A stretch of DNA of 64,000 nt, from assembly GCA_021781215.1 (NCBI GenBank), contig JAJXXC010000008.1, forward strand, positions 6,965 through 70,964. The letters are read 5' to 3'. This DNA is from a bacterium. GTDB taxonomy: Bacteria; Patescibacteriota; Saccharimonadia; Saccharimonadales; DATKHC01. How positions within the stretch are numbered: position 1 is the stretch's first letter; each line of letters begins with the position of its first letter. Shown one piece after another: positions 49,435-59,938 of the stretch. Under the pieces are notes generated by a model, which was given only the letters and a program-made list of their open reading frames with translations, was not told where the DNA came from and ran no database searches. The translations under genes and the position numbers were made by a program.

Positions 49435-50970
49435 TTATTTTGATTGTTTTTTTCTAAATACTTCGGGATATATTGAGGTTGTTAGCTCATCAATTTCTTG
49501 CCTTAACTGGGGAAATGGAACACCTTCCCTGGCGGTGATGTTTTCTAACGTCCAAAAAACACGCTCACTAAACCCAAAACCACAAGCTGGCGGCATACCG
49601 AACTCTAGCATTTCGATAAAATCAATGTCTAACATTTGAGCTTCTTCGTCGCCGGCGTTTCGTAAATCTCTTTGTTCTAAAAATCGAGCAAGTTGGTCGA
49701 TTGGATCATTCAATTCAGAATAAGCCTTACATATTTCTGTACCACCTAGAATCAAATTGAATTGTTCACTTAGTCGCGAATCTTTTTTCTGAGCTTTAGC
49801 TAGAGGTTGCATAAATACAGGGATATCTATGAGATATGCTGGGCCGCTAATCTCTGTTCTAACTTTTTTCCATAATTTATCTAGTGATCTTACTCTGTTA
49901 TCTTCTTTGGCAACTTCCAACTTATTTTCCTTAAGCTTACGTTTTATATCATTCATATCACTATTAAAAACGTCGATATCGTATTTATCTTTTATGATTT
50001 TAATAAAGCTAATTTTGGGCCAATCTATTCCGTCCTTACCTAAATCGACTGCTTGATCGCCGTTGATTACAAAACTCCTCTTATTCCAAGTTTTATCACA
50101 CACATATCTGAATAAATCTTGTGTGAATTTCATACCATCATTCCAGTCCGCGTAGGCCCAGTACCACTCCATAGCAACATGCTCGGGCAAGTGTTCGTCA
50201 GAATAATTCTCGTTTCGAAATCTTGGTCCTATATCAAAAACTTTCTCATAACCTCCCCCTAAAAGTCGTTTTAGTGGCAACTCATGACTTATTCTTAGAT
50301 AGAAATCTTGGTTCAAAGAATCCATGTGTGTAATAAAAGGTTTTGCGTCAGCGCCACCGGTAGTATGTTCTAAAACTGGAGTATTAATCTCAATAAACCC
50401 ATTTTTAACTAAAAAATCTCTTGTAGATTGCCAGAAATTACTTCTTCTAATAAATCTTTGGTATACGTCTTGATTAACGTTCAAATCTACATATCTTCTT
50501 CTGAGTCTTTCTTCTTTATTAGTAAAACCATCGTGAGACGTTGGCATCGGCCTAAGAGTCTTTGACAATAACTTAATTTCTTCAACCGCTACAGATATCT
50601 CACCAGTCTGAGTCTTTATTACTATGCCTGAAGCCTGAATAAAATCACCGCTATCAAGTAAATTTATCTCCGAAAAAGCCAGATAAGTTCTAGGCTTAGT
50701 GTCGATCTTAATTTTATCTTGTTTTAAAAAAAGCTGTAAATCGCCTGATGCATCGTGAATCACGATAAAGGCAATTTTACCTATCTTTCTAATTCCTTTA
50801 ATTCTTCCAACGACACTAACGTGTTTATCTTTAAACCGGTCAAAATCAGCCTGAATATTGCCAAGATTATCTGATCTTTGCGAATCAGCTGGATAGGGGT
50901 TGATCCCCAAGCTCTTTATTTCTTGAAGTTTTCTAAGTCTTTCGTCTCTCAGGGATTTAAGTGTTGCCAT
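49435..50970 (-). CDS. lysS: Lysine--tRNA ligase (class II)
   Basis: RRRYVDL, GGADAKPF.TH, FRNE, YSELNDP, GMPP. Confidence 0.97.
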   Translation of the reverse strand: MATLKSLRDERLRKLQEIKSLGINPYPADSQRSDNLGNIQADFDRFKDKHVSVVGRIKGIRKIGKIAFIVIHDASGDLQLFLKQDKIKIDTKPRTYLAFSEINLLDSGDFIQASGIVIKTQTGEISVAVEEIKLLSKTLRPMPTSHDGFTNKEERLRRRYVDLNVNQDVYQRFIRRSNFWQSTRDFLVKNGFIEINTPVLEHTTGGADAKPFITHMDSLNQDFYLRISHELPLKRLLGGGYEKVFDIGPRFRNENYSDEHLPEHVAMEWYWAYADWNDGMKFTQDLFRYVCDKTWNKRSFVINGDQAVDLGKDGIDWPKISFIKIIKDKYDIDVFNSDMNDIKRKLKENKLEVAKEDNRVRSLDKLWKKVRTEISGPAYLIDIPVFMQPLAKAQKKDSRLSEQFNLILGGTEICKAYSELNDPIDQLARFLEQRDLRNAGDEEAQMLDIDFIEMLEFGMPPACGFGFSERVFWTLENITAREGVPFPQLRQEIDELTTSIYPEVFRKKQSK

Positions 50971-51008
50971 AACTAATATATATTCTATATCAATCTAGGC
51001 CGGTGTGA

Positions 51009-51470
51009 CTAGGAGATACTAATAATTTTATATATTACGGTCTCTGCTGGAGTTGCAATTTCTACACTATCTCCAACAATTTTCTTTAATAAAGCCTGTC
51101 CAATAGGCGACTCATCGGATATTTTGCCCTCTGAAGGGTTTGCCTCAACAGTACCGACTACTTTATAGGCCTTGCTCTTTCCGTTTTTACTCCTAAGCTC
51201 TACGGTTGAACCGAGTTGAACAGTGCCACCCTTAGTAGGTTTTGCTATTTCTTCGACATTCTGAAGGATATATTCAATTTCTACAATTCTGTTTTCAGTC
51301 CTGTCTTGTTCCTGAATTGCTGCTGAGTATTCAGCATTTTCACTTAAATCACCAAATTCTCTAGCAGTTTTTATTTTGTCAGCAATAGCAGTCCTAGAAG
51401 CTATTAAAGTTTTTAGCTCCTCCTTGAACTCGCTAATACCTTCTGCTGTTAGATGAAATTGTTTATTCAT
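51009..51470 (-). CDS. greA: Transcription elongation factor GreA
   Basis: AREFGDLSENAEY, ISDESPIGQAL. Confidence 0.97.
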   Translation of the reverse strand: MNKQFHLTAEGISEFKEELKTLIASRTAIADKIKTAREFGDLSENAEYSAAIQEQDRTENRIVEIEYILQNVEEIAKPTKGGTVQLGSTVELRSKNGKSKAYKVVGTVEANPSEGKISDESPIGQALLKKIVGDSVEIATPAETVIYKIISIS

Positions 51471-51519
51471 ATACTTATTTTACCTTACGATTAAATCTTA
51501 AAACTTATTAGGTCGACGT

Positions 51520-51548
51520 ATTATAGCATCACTATTTTAGGCTGACAA
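51520..51548 (-). promoter_or_regulatory. greA promoter
   Basis: TTGTCA-17nt-TATAAT. Confidence 0.7.
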
Positions 51549-51579
51549 ACAAAAAAATTATTACAAACATAGCAAAAAA

Positions 51580-52833
51580 TTATTTATCAAACAATTTTGC
51601 CATAAGGGCTGATTCCGATATCTGTTGAGACTCCGTAGACGTCCTATCTTTAAATTCAAAAAGCCCAGACTCGACTGTCTTATCACTAACAATTACTCTT
51701 GATGGTATACCTAATAAATCAGCGTCAGAAAATTTTTCACCTGGTCTTACGTCTCTATCGTCATAAATAATTTCTATACCTTTAGACATAATGCTTTCGT
51801 ATAGCTTGTCTGCGACTTTAATAACCTTAGAGTTGTCGCCAACCCTAACTAAAATTATTCTTGCTGGGGCTATAGACTTAGGCCATACTATTCCTTTGTC
51901 ATCAGAATAAAATTCGACAATAGTTCCCAATACCCGGCTAATTCCAATTCCATAGCATCCCATTATTAAGGTTTGGGTTTCACCAGCCCGATTATTAACT
52001 TTTAGCCCAAAAGGCTCCGTAAATTTTGTTCCAAGACTAAATATATTACCTACTTCAATGGCTCGAACCTGTTCGAGCCTCTCGCGCTTCAGGCCCAGGC
52101 CTGCAATCACATCATCTGTAAAAACTTCTTTATTAATTGCAACCTTCTTATCTCTATCAATATAAATCGTGTCTTCACCGGCTTGGCTTAAAGTTTGAAA
52201 TTCATGACTATATTTACTAAAGCTTCCACCACTGGCCGTTGTTATATATGTCTCACTAGCCAATCCTAGTCGACTAAACACTTTTAAATAGGCTTCTTTG
52301 ACTCTTGTATAAATTACTTCGTGTTCTTCTTGAGAGATTGCAAACGAGTACATATCTTTCATCAAAAATTCACGGCCACGCATTAACCCACTTTTTGAGC
52401 GAAGCTCATTACGAAACTTAGTTTGTATCTGGTAGGCTAGGATTGGGAGATCACGGTAAGAACTTATGTACTTCCTCATTAGTGGCACGAGGTTTTCCTC
52501 ATGAGAAAAACCAAGACCTAATTCGGTACCATTAACTAATTTAGTTTTAAACCAATCATCGACAATCCTATCGTCCCAGCGTCCGGTCGTTGTATATCGC
52601 TCTTTTATTTGAAGTGCGGGCATCAATATTTCTTGACCATCAATAGAATTCATTTCTTCTCGAACTATATTAGCTATATTATTCAGAACACGAAGCCCAA
52701 GGGGAAGATAACTATATACTCCAGCCATCTCTTTATGTACATAACCAGCTTTTATTAATAGCTGTGCGTTCTTAGCTTTCTCATCAGAAGGTACATTCTT
52801 AGTGGATTTAGCAAATGTTTTAGAAAGTCTCAT
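51580..52833 (-). CDS. proS: Proline--tRNA ligase (short, without editing insertion)
   Basis: YQIQTKFRNE.R, REFLMKD.YSF, EVGNIF.LGTK, MGCYGIG. Confidence 0.95.
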   Translation of the reverse strand: MRLSKTFAKSTKNVPSDEKAKNAQLLIKAGYVHKEMAGVYSYLPLGLRVLNNIANIVREEMNSIDGQEILMPALQIKERYTTTGRWDDRIVDDWFKTKLVNGTELGLGFSHEENLVPLMRKYISSYRDLPILAYQIQTKFRNELRSKSGLMRGREFLMKDMYSFAISQEEHEVIYTRVKEAYLKVFSRLGLASETYITTASGGSFSKYSHEFQTLSQAGEDTIYIDRDKKVAINKEVFTDDVIAGLGLKRERLEQVRAIEVGNIFSLGTKFTEPFGLKVNNRAGETQTLIMGCYGIGISRVLGTIVEFYSDDKGIVWPKSIAPARIILVRVGDNSKVIKVADKLYESIMSKGIEIIYDDRDVRPGEKFSDADLLGIPSRVIVSDKTVESGLFEFKDRTSTESQQISESALMAKLFDK

Positions 52834-52874
52834 ATCTAACCCTAATAATAACTTATTTTATTAACTATTACACC

Positions 52875-53645
52875 CTAACTACTATGCAAAAGATACAGGC
52901 TGGCGAAAGCAACAAAGTTTTTCAAAAAGTGAATTATTATCGATGCCCATAATTTATCAGTTTTTTCTCGCACATAAACCAATACCATCGAAAGCGTAAA
53001 AGTATCGATTCCTGCTACCCACAGAAGACCATTATTACTTTCAAATAAATGAGGAGTCGCAAACAGTAAACTTACTATTATGGCGGCAATTATTTTATTC
53101 ATCTTAGGTCTCAGGCTAGTATATATAAAGCCTCTGAACAGTAATTCTTCCGCTATTGGCGGTAGAATTACTAACATAATAAACAACAACCATAAATTTC
53201 CACCGTGAGCAGAATTTGGAATTCCCAGATTTTGTTTTTGTGAAGTATTAAAGCCATGAATTAAATATTGCAATACAGAAACTACTGATAGATAAATTAA
53301 TAAATAGGCAGAAAAACCCACGATTGCATATTTTAAATCTCTTAATAAAAATTTACCCCTTATACCTATAGACTTAAAAGATATATTCCTGCGGCGCATG
53401 AACGCATATAAAAATAAAACAACAAATGATTCTACTAGAAAGGTCTCTATGAATAGAGCTGGCACTGAATTTGTTAACCAAGAACTCGCAGTTGAAGTTG
53501 ACCAATGTCTAATCGCTACATACTCACGGAAAAGTATTGCTACAACAATTTGAGAGCCAAAAAAAATAAAAATTGCAATTAATACACTCGATATGGGGCT
53601 CCAATTACCCTTTTCTTGATGATAATTAATTTCAGGTTTAAGCAT
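52875..53645 (-). CDS. CPBP/CAAX-family intramembrane metalloprotease
   Basis: EELLFRG, FA..H, H...N motifs. Confidence 0.9.
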   Translation of the reverse strand: MLKPEINYHQEKGNWSPISSVLIAIFIFFGSQIVVAILFREYVAIRHWSTSTASSWLTNSVPALFIETFLVESFVVLFLYAFMRRRNISFKSIGIRGKFLLRDLKYAIVGFSAYLLIYLSVVSVLQYLIHGFNTSQKQNLGIPNSAHGGNLWLLFIMLVILPPIAEELLFRGFIYTSLRPKMNKIIAAIIVSLLFATPHLFESNNGLLWVAGIDTFTLSMVLVYVREKTDKLWASIIIHFLKNFVAFASLYLLHSS

Positions 53646-53654
53646 ATTGTGAGT

Positions 53655-54785
53655 TTAAAAATATCTTTTTATATCAACTATAGTAATTAAAACAAAGATC
53701 AAAAGTAATGCCGCCATTCCACTCCCGTGTATTAATTCTTCAGTTTTCTGTTTTAGTGGCCTTTTTAATAAAACACGTGGTATCACAGTGAAAAATAATC
53801 GCCCGCCATCTAGGGCTGGGATCGGTAAAATATTGATTATGGCCAAAGATAGAGAGATTATTGCAACTATTAGAAATATAAACCTATAGCCTAGAAGACT
53901 GCCATTCTTTAAGAGGACTACGATACCAACTGGTCCCGAAACCTGTGAAGACGCTTTAGTAGTATTGCCCTGTATAAGTCCCATAATAGCATTGCCTATA
54001 CCCTTGAAAGTAAGGACGGTTACCTGTTTCATGAAACCAACTGCAACTATTGGTGCAGACCAAGTATACTTTTTAATTATATAATTTGATGGCTCTACCC
54101 CCAAATACCCCTTAGGACTACTCGTTTTAAGGCTAGCTCTAACATCAGAGGCCGTACGAAGCGTAACTTTACTAGAATAATTAACACCATTACGTTGATA
54201 ATTGATAATTATATTATTTCCTGCATTATCTTCCGTGATCTTTGATAGCGTAGTTATGTTATTAACATCTATAGTTTCTCCATGAGAATTAACTATACTT
54301 AGTATATTATCTTGCGGTTTAATATTGATTTTTGATGCCGGAGAATTGGGCTGTATATACCCTGCCAATACTTCTTGTTTAGTTATTGTTGAGTCACCAG
54401 CTATGCTAAACTGATGATTCACAATCTGCGGCAGCCCTATGATTGCCAAAAAAGTTAATATAATAAAACTAGCCGCTAGATTCATCCCCACGCCAGCACT
54501 AATAATTTTAGTTTTAGCCCATAGACTTGCTTCGCCAAAGCTGCCCTTCCCCCTATCACTATCATGTTCTCCCTTTAACCGTACGAAGCCGCCTAATGGT
54601 AGCCAATTGAGGCTAAGTATATAGCCTGATGACATCTTCTTAGATAATGCAGTTGGCGGGAAGCCAATACCAAATTCTTCAACTATTACCTTGTTTCTTC
54701 TAGCAACTATAAAATGACCAAATTCATGAATTATTATTAAAGAGATGAATAATACTATCCCAAGAATTAGTAAAAAAACTGACAT
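53655..54785 (-). CDS. rseP: RIP metalloprotease RseP (M50, PDZ)
   Basis: HEFGH, PLGGFV, NILPIPALDGG. Confidence 0.92.
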   Translation of the reverse strand: MSVFLLILGIVLFISLIIIHEFGHFIVARRNKVIVEEFGIGFPPTALSKKMSSGYILSLNWLPLGGFVRLKGEHDSDRGKGSFGEASLWAKTKIISAGVGMNLAASFIILTFLAIIGLPQIVNHQFSIAGDSTITKQEVLAGYIQPNSPASKINIKPQDNILSIVNSHGETIDVNNITTLSKITEDNAGNNIIINYQRNGVNYSSKVTLRTASDVRASLKTSSPKGYLGVEPSNYIIKKYTWSAPIVAVGFMKQVTVLTFKGIGNAIMGLIQGNTTKASSQVSGPVGIVVLLKNGSLLGYRFIFLIVAIISLSLAIINILPIPALDGGRLFFTVIPRVLLKRPLKQKTEELIHGSGMAALLLIFVLITIVDIKRYF

Positions 54786-55480
54786 TATTTACCAAATCTT
54801 CTTTCGCGCCTAGAGTACTCTTCTAAGGCTTTGTTCAGATCATCTTTAGTAAATGCCGGCCAATGTTTTTCCACGAATAATAGTTCTGCATAACTAATTC
54901 TCCAAAGCATAAAATTGCTAATCCTTTGCTCTCCAGAAGTTCTAACCATAAGATCTATTTTTGGAATATTCGTGCCATATAGATTATTTTCTATCATATC
55001 TGAGTTGATCTTTTCCTTTGGAATTTTTTTATCTATTATTTTATGGAAGGCTTCGACTATTTCTTGATATCCACCATAGTTAAAGCAAATACATAGCGTC
55101 CCTTTTTTGTTATTTTTAGTTTTTTCTTCTGCAACATGAATAGAATCAAGTAATTTTTTGCTAAGCTTTTGCGTACTACCCAACCAAACAATTCGTATCT
55201 TATTTTTATTCAACTCGTCGATATCTTTTGTAAGCATTCTATATGCAAGATTCATCAAATAAGTCACCTCTCTCTTAGAGCGGTCCCAGTTTTCTAATGA
55301 AAAAATATAAGCCGAAACGTAATTTACTCCAGAATCAAATGCATACTTAGCTATTGTTTTGAGATTATCGTAACCTTTTTTATGGCCCTGGAATGAGGTC
55401 ATGTCATGTTCTCTTGCCCAGCGTCGATTTCCGTCTAAAATTAATCCTAAATGATTTGGTATTGATATATTATCGGGCAT
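54785..55480 (-). CDS. uppS: Undecaprenyl diphosphate synthase
   Basis: ILDGNRRWA, FSLENW.R, RTSGEQRISNF. Confidence 0.96.
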   Translation of the reverse strand: MPDNISIPNHLGLILDGNRRWAREHDMTSFQGHKKGYDNLKTIAKYAFDSGVNYVSAYIFSLENWDRSKREVTYLMNLAYRMLTKDIDELNKNKIRIVWLGSTQKLSKKLLDSIHVAEEKTKNNKKGTLCICFNYGGYQEIVEAFHKIIDKKIPKEKINSDMIENNLYGTNIPKIDLMVRTSGEQRISNFMLWRISYAELLFVEKHWPAFTKDDLNKALEEYSRRERRFGK

Positions 55481-55491
55481 AATTATTAAGA

Positions 55492-56055
55492 CTAAATAGT
55501 CATAACCTCTTTCTCTTTAGCAGAGATTAGCAATTCAACCTTGTTTTTGTACTCAATCATTAATGAGTCAATTTGCTTAGATAACCTGTTGAAATCATCT
55601 TCGCTAATTAACTTAGATTTTTTATCATTTTCCAACAGCTTTAAGGAGTCGTGTCTTACCCCCCTCATTGATATTAGACATTTTTCTGATATATCACCCA
55701 ATTGCTTAACAATAGCCTGCCTTCTCTCGGTAGTTAAGGATGGTATTGAGATTCTAATCACTGTTCCATCATCAACTGGATTAAGGCCCAGGTTTTGGTC
55801 TTCTCTAATGGACTTAGCTATTGACTGGATATTAGAGCTGTCAAACGGCGTGATCTGCAGTAGTTGAGCCTCCGGAGCAATGACAGTTGCTAACTGCTTT
55901 AGTGGCATTTCAGTCTGATAAGCATTAACCATAATTTTATCAAGAATGGCTGCATTAGCCCTGCCGGTTCTAATCTTAGCCAAATCATCTTCAAAATAAG
56001 CCAATGACTGCTTTAACTTAGTAATAGTATTTTCTATTATTTTACTGCTGTCCAT
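55492..56055 (-). CDS. frr: Ribosome recycling factor
   Basis: IRTGRAN, LGLNP, P.LT.ERR, KEKEVM. Confidence 0.95.
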   Translation of the reverse strand: MDSSKIIENTITKLKQSLAYFEDDLAKIRTGRANAAILDKIMVNAYQTEMPLKQLATVIAPEAQLLQITPFDSSNIQSIAKSIREDQNLGLNPVDDGTVIRISIPSLTTERRQAIVKQLGDISEKCLISMRGVRHDSLKLLENDKKSKLISEDDFNRLSKQIDSLMIEYKNKVELLISAKEKEVMTI

Positions 56056-56123
56056 TTATAAAATCCGGTCTATTGAAAAATATATTTAAGCTTTTAGTTT
56101 GTAGTATTCTAATTTTACTAGGA

Positions 56124-56720
56124 CTAGTTGACTTCGCCTAGTGCCATTCTATTGAAACGTCTAACTACTATGTTTTCGCCTAATTTGGCAATATGCTCTT
56201 TTATGTAATTTCCCACTGTTTGATCAGGATTCTTTACATATGGTTGGTCTAGTAGGCATATTTCGGAAAAATGTTTCTTTATCATACCCTGCACGATTTG
56301 CGGCAATATATTATCTGGCTTGCCCTCAGACTTAGCTTTTTTCATAAACTCTTCTTCAGTTTTAGCCATCACGTTCTTGTCCACGTCATCAATGCTTACA
56401 TATATTGGATTACTGGCAGCGATATGCATGGCTAAGTCTTTAACAAGATTTGTGAAAAGTTCATTTCTAGCAACAAAATCTGTTTCACAATTTACCTCAA
56501 GCAATACTCCGATTCGATTATCGTGGTTATAAGTAGATATAACACCCGATCTAGCCTCGCGCTCTGATCTTTTATCAGCCTTAGTGATACCTTTTTTGCG
56601 CATGGCGTCAAGGGCTTTATCAAAGTCCCCCTTAGCCTCAACAAGGGCCTTTTTTGCATCAGTAATACCAACGCCAGTTAATGATCTTAGCCGTTTAATT
56701 TCTTCTATCGTAATATCCAT
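56124..56720 (-). CDS. tsf: Elongation factor Ts (short form)
   Basis: LR..TG.G..D.KKAL, EVNCETDFVA; GGAGG SD. Confidence 0.97.
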   Translation of the reverse strand: MDITIEEIKRLRSLTGVGITDAKKALVEAKGDFDKALDAMRKKGITKADKRSEREARSGVISTYNHDNRIGVLLEVNCETDFVARNELFTNLVKDLAMHIAASNPIYVSIDDVDKNVMAKTEEEFMKKAKSEGKPDNILPQIVQGMIKKHFSEICLLDQPYVKNPDQTVGNYIKEHIAKLGENIVVRRFNRMALGEVN

Positions 56721-56730
56721 ATTTACCTCC

Positions 56731-57465
56731 TTATTTATCTTTAGCTTCAGGCTCAGCTAGAGTATTTTTATCTTTTTTAACCATACCAGTCGATATGGCT
56801 TTATCTAAATATTCCGCAACCAATTTAATGGTTTGAATAGAGTCGTCATTACAAGGTATCGGAAAATCTACTAAACTTGGGTCTGCATTAGTATCGACCA
56901 AGGCAATAACAGGAATACTAAGCTTCTTTGCCTCTTTAATAGCATTTAGCTCATGCATAACGTCTTCAACAAACACTACTCCTGGCTTACCATTTAAATT
57001 CTTAATCCCGCCATATAGATGATTCATGCTATCAATTTCTTCTTGATATCTCTGAACTTCAAGTTTGCTATATTTAGCGCTAAGCTGTCCAGACTCCATT
57101 CTTGTCTCAAGATCCTTCAAATGTTTAATTCGATTACCTATGGTATCAGAATTAGTAAGCATGCCTCCAAGCCACCTCTCTACAACGTATGGCATTTTAG
57201 TTTTTACGGCTAAGTCTTTCAAGGTATCGTGTGCCTGAGTTTTAGTCCCCACTAATAAGATTTGCTTACCCTGGCTAACAATTTCCTCAATATAGGAAAG
57301 CGCAGGACCAAAGGCCTCTACGGTTTTATTTAAGTCTATAATGTGTCCTCCATTTCGAGAACTATGTATGAATTGCTTCATCTTAGGGTGCCACTTACTA
57401 GTCTTGTGACCAAAATGAGCACCAGATTCAAATAATTTTTTTATATCTATATCTACACTTGCCAC
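56731..57465 (-). CDS. rpsB: 30S ribosomal protein uS2
   Basis: GAHFGH, W.PKM, RWLGGMLTN, DTNADP, NDD. Confidence 0.97.
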   Translation of the reverse strand: MASVDIDIKKLFESGAHFGHKTSKWHPKMKQFIHSSRNGGHIIDLNKTVEAFGPALSYIEEIVSQGKQILLVGTKTQAHDTLKDLAVKTKMPYVVERWLGGMLTNSDTIGNRIKHLKDLETRMESGQLSAKYSKLEVQRYQEEIDSMNHLYGGIKNLNGKPGVVFVEDVMHELNAIKEAKKLSIPVIALVDTNADPSLVDFPIPCNDDSIQTIKLVAEYLDKAISTGMVKKDKNTLAEPEAKDK

Positions 57466-57551
57466 ATCATCCTTCTTCCTCGTTTAGGCAACCTATTTTT
57501 ATAGGAGGATAAACATCCTAAACTGTTCTTTAGTTTATTATTATGAGTAAT

Positions 57552-57580
57552 ATATTAACAGATATTTACATCTGTTTCAA
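57552..57580 (-). promoter_or_regulatory. rpsB promoter
   Basis: TTGAAA-17nt-TAATAT on the minus strand. Confidence 0.55.
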
Positions 57581-57647
57581 TATATAAAATGTCTCGATTT
57601 ATCAAAGGCTATATTTTACAGAATAAATAATATACATACGCATACTG

Positions 57648-57676
57648 TTGACCGGTGATAAATTTTAATCTATAAT
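57648..57676 (+). promoter_or_regulatory. rpmE promoter
   Basis: TTGACC-17nt-TATAAT. Confidence 0.7.
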
Positions 57677-57691
57677 TACTCCTAAATAATT

Positions 57692-58027
57692 ATGAAAAAA
57701 TCGATTCACCCACAAAACTACAGACCCGTAGTCTTTCAAGATCTTAATAATAGCCAAACATTTTTAACTAAATCAACGGCCGAGACTGATGCCACTATCA
57801 TTTTAGACGGAGTCGAATATCCATTGGTAAAAATCCATATTTCAAGTGCGTCTCACCCATTCTTTACCGGACAAGAAAAACTTGTAGACATAGAAGGTCG
57901 AGTAGATAAATTCAATGCACGACTAGCCGCATCAAAAAATAAAAAGAAAGTTCAAAAAAAGAGCTTAAAAGCTGCTCCTAAAAGCGAACCTTCAAAAAAA
58001 TTGTCTGACCTAAAACCAAAGAACTAA
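57692..58027 (+). CDS. rpmE: 50S ribosomal protein bL31, type B (Cys-less), with Lys-rich extension
   Basis: MKK.IHP.YRPVVF.D, SS.SHPFFTG, GRVDKF. Confidence 0.95.
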   Translation: MKKSIHPQNYRPVVFQDLNNSQTFLTKSTAETDATIILDGVEYPLVKIHISSASHPFFTGQEKLVDIEGRVDKFNARLAASKNKKKVQKKSLKAAPKSEPSKKLSDLKPKN

Positions 58028-58086
58028 AGATTACTTAGTCTACACTACTAGCGTCAAAATATAGCATATAGCGCGAGGAATTCTAA

Positions 58087-59142
58087 ATGGAACAACAAGA
58101 ATCTAATCTTAGAAATGAGCTAGACTCAATAAATATCGAACTGGCTAACCCGGAGATTTTCTCATCAAAAAAATATCCACAAATTGCTAGAAGAAAAAAT
58201 CAGATCGAATCCATATTAGTACTATTCGACCAGAATAAAAAAATATTGAGTGGATTAGAGTCGAACAAGTTACTCCTAGAATCCAGTGATCATGATTTAG
58301 CCGAATTAGCCAATCAAGAACGACAAGAACTAGAGCTGTCTCTTGAACAAAATATCAATGCATTACGTGAAGCGTTAATACCAAAAGATCCAAATGATGA
58401 ACGAAATGTAATTATTGAGATCAGGGCGGCTGCTGGTGGTGACGAGGCTAGTTTATTCGCGAGTGAACTATTAAAAATGTATATGAAATGGTCCGAAAAT
58501 CATAATTATAAGTTTGAATTAATTAGTCAAAGTATTAATGAAGCTGGTGGATTAAAAGAAGTTGTAGCCAGTATTAACGGTTTAGATGCGTACAAAAATC
58601 TTAAATTCGAGGGTGGGGTTCACAGAGTGCAACGTATACCGTCTACCGAATCCCAGGGCAGAATCCACACTAGCACAGTAACTGTCGCAATTATGCCCGA
58701 AGCAGAAGAAACAGACATTGAAATAGACCCAAAAGATTTAAGAATTGATGTCTATCGATCTGGAGGAAATGGCGGACAAAGTGTTAATACAACGGATTCA
58801 GCGGTAAGAATAACCCACATACCTTCAGGGATAGTGGTAACTCAACAAGACGAAAAAAGCCAAATAAAGAATAGGAATAAGGCAATGAACGTCTTAAAAG
58901 CTAGACTATTAGCCCAAAAAATTAGTGAAGAACAAAAATTATTATCAGACGCAAGAATTAAACTAATAGGCTCTGGCGATAGGAGCGAAAAAATTAGAAC
59001 TTATAATTTTCCCCAAGATCGTATAACTGATCATCGTATTGGCTATAGCAGAAGTAATATTCCCGCGGCCCTAAATGGTGAAATTGATGATTTAATATCT
59101 AGACTTAAAGACTATGAGAACCAACTTATTAACAACGAATAG
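58087..59142 (+). CDS. prfA: Peptide chain release factor 1
   Basis: PST (PxT) motif, [15 protein letters not shown]. Confidence 0.96.
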   Translation: MEQQESNLRNELDSINIELANPEIFSSKKYPQIARRKNQIESILVLFDQNKKILSGLESNKLLLESSDHDLAELANQERQELELSLEQNINALREALIPKDPNDERNVIIEIRAAAGGDEASLFASELLKMYMKWSENHNYKFELISQSINEAGGLKEVVASINGLDAYKNLKFEGGVHRVQRIPSTESQGRIHTSTVTVAIMPEAEETDIEIDPKDLRIDVYRSGGNGGQSVNTTDSAVRITHIPSGIVVTQQDEKSQIKNRNKAMNVLKARLLAQKISEEQKLLSDARIKLIGSGDRSEKIRTYNFPQDRITDHRIGYSRSNIPAALNGEIDDLISRLKDYENQLINNE

Positions 59143-59935
59143 CGAATGGCTTAAAAACGCAACTCAGAAATTAACAGTCGCTGGTGTTGAATCGGCCTCT
59201 ATTGATTCGTTGATAATACTTTGCTTTAGTTTAAGTCTTCCGAAGCTTGAAATATTAACAAACCCCAACAAAATACTCACTAGAAAAGAATTGAAGTTGG
59301 CAAATAAACTTCTTACTAAAAGATTAGAGCATTATCCAATCTCGTATCTTACTAAACAGGTTGAATTTTATAATCGAACATTTTATATCGACAGGCGAGT
59401 TCTTTCACCCAGACCAGAATCAGAATCATTTATTAATTTATTGAAATTATCTGATATATCTAACCTAAAATATCTAACTGATGTAGGCTGCGGCAGTGGT
59501 GTATTGGGAATAACTTCAAAATTGGAATTTCCACATTTAAATATAGAGCTACTGGATAATTCAAAAAACGCACTTAAAGTAACTGGCATAAATGTAGATA
59601 AATTTCAAATATCCTCGAAGATTAAATTAAGCAATCTTATCGGTAATTCCGATTACAAATTCGATATTATTTTAGCCAATTTACCATACATACCATACAC
59701 AACAACTATTAATAGGGCTGCTAGTTTTGAACCTAAGATGTCAATTTTTGCGCCTGATAATGGACTACATTTCTATAAGGCACTGGCTAGACAACTAGTT
59801 GTAAAAAAAAAGAATCCAAAATATATTTTCATTGAATGTCTCGACAACCAAATAACAGAGTTAACCAAATTATTTAGCAATAATTCTTACAAGCTAACAA
59901 TGTCAGAAGGACTAGTTCATCGTTTTAGTAGATGA
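59114..59935 (+). CDS. prmC: Release factor glutamine methyltransferase PrmC/HemK
   Basis: VL.PRPE.E, DVGCGSG, NLPY; follows prfA. Confidence 0.9.
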   Translation: MRTNLLTTNSEWLKNATQKLTVAGVESASIDSLIILCFSLSLPKLEILTNPNKILTRKELKLANKLLTKRLEHYPISYLTKQVEFYNRTFYIDRRVLSPRPESESFINLLKLSDISNLKYLTDVGCGSGVLGITSKLEFPHLNIELLDNSKNALKVTGINVDKFQISSKIKLSNLIGNSDYKFDIILANLPYIPYTTTINRAASFEPKMSIFAPDNGLHFYKALARQLVVKKKNPKYIFIECLDNQITELTKLFSNNSYKLTMSEGLVHRFSR

Positions 59936-59938
59936 ATT

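Noticed and set aside
53655..56124. Missing pyrH, cdsA and dxr in the tsf-frr-uppS-rseP block
   Set aside because: Expected for reduced CPR genomes; used as taxonomic context only
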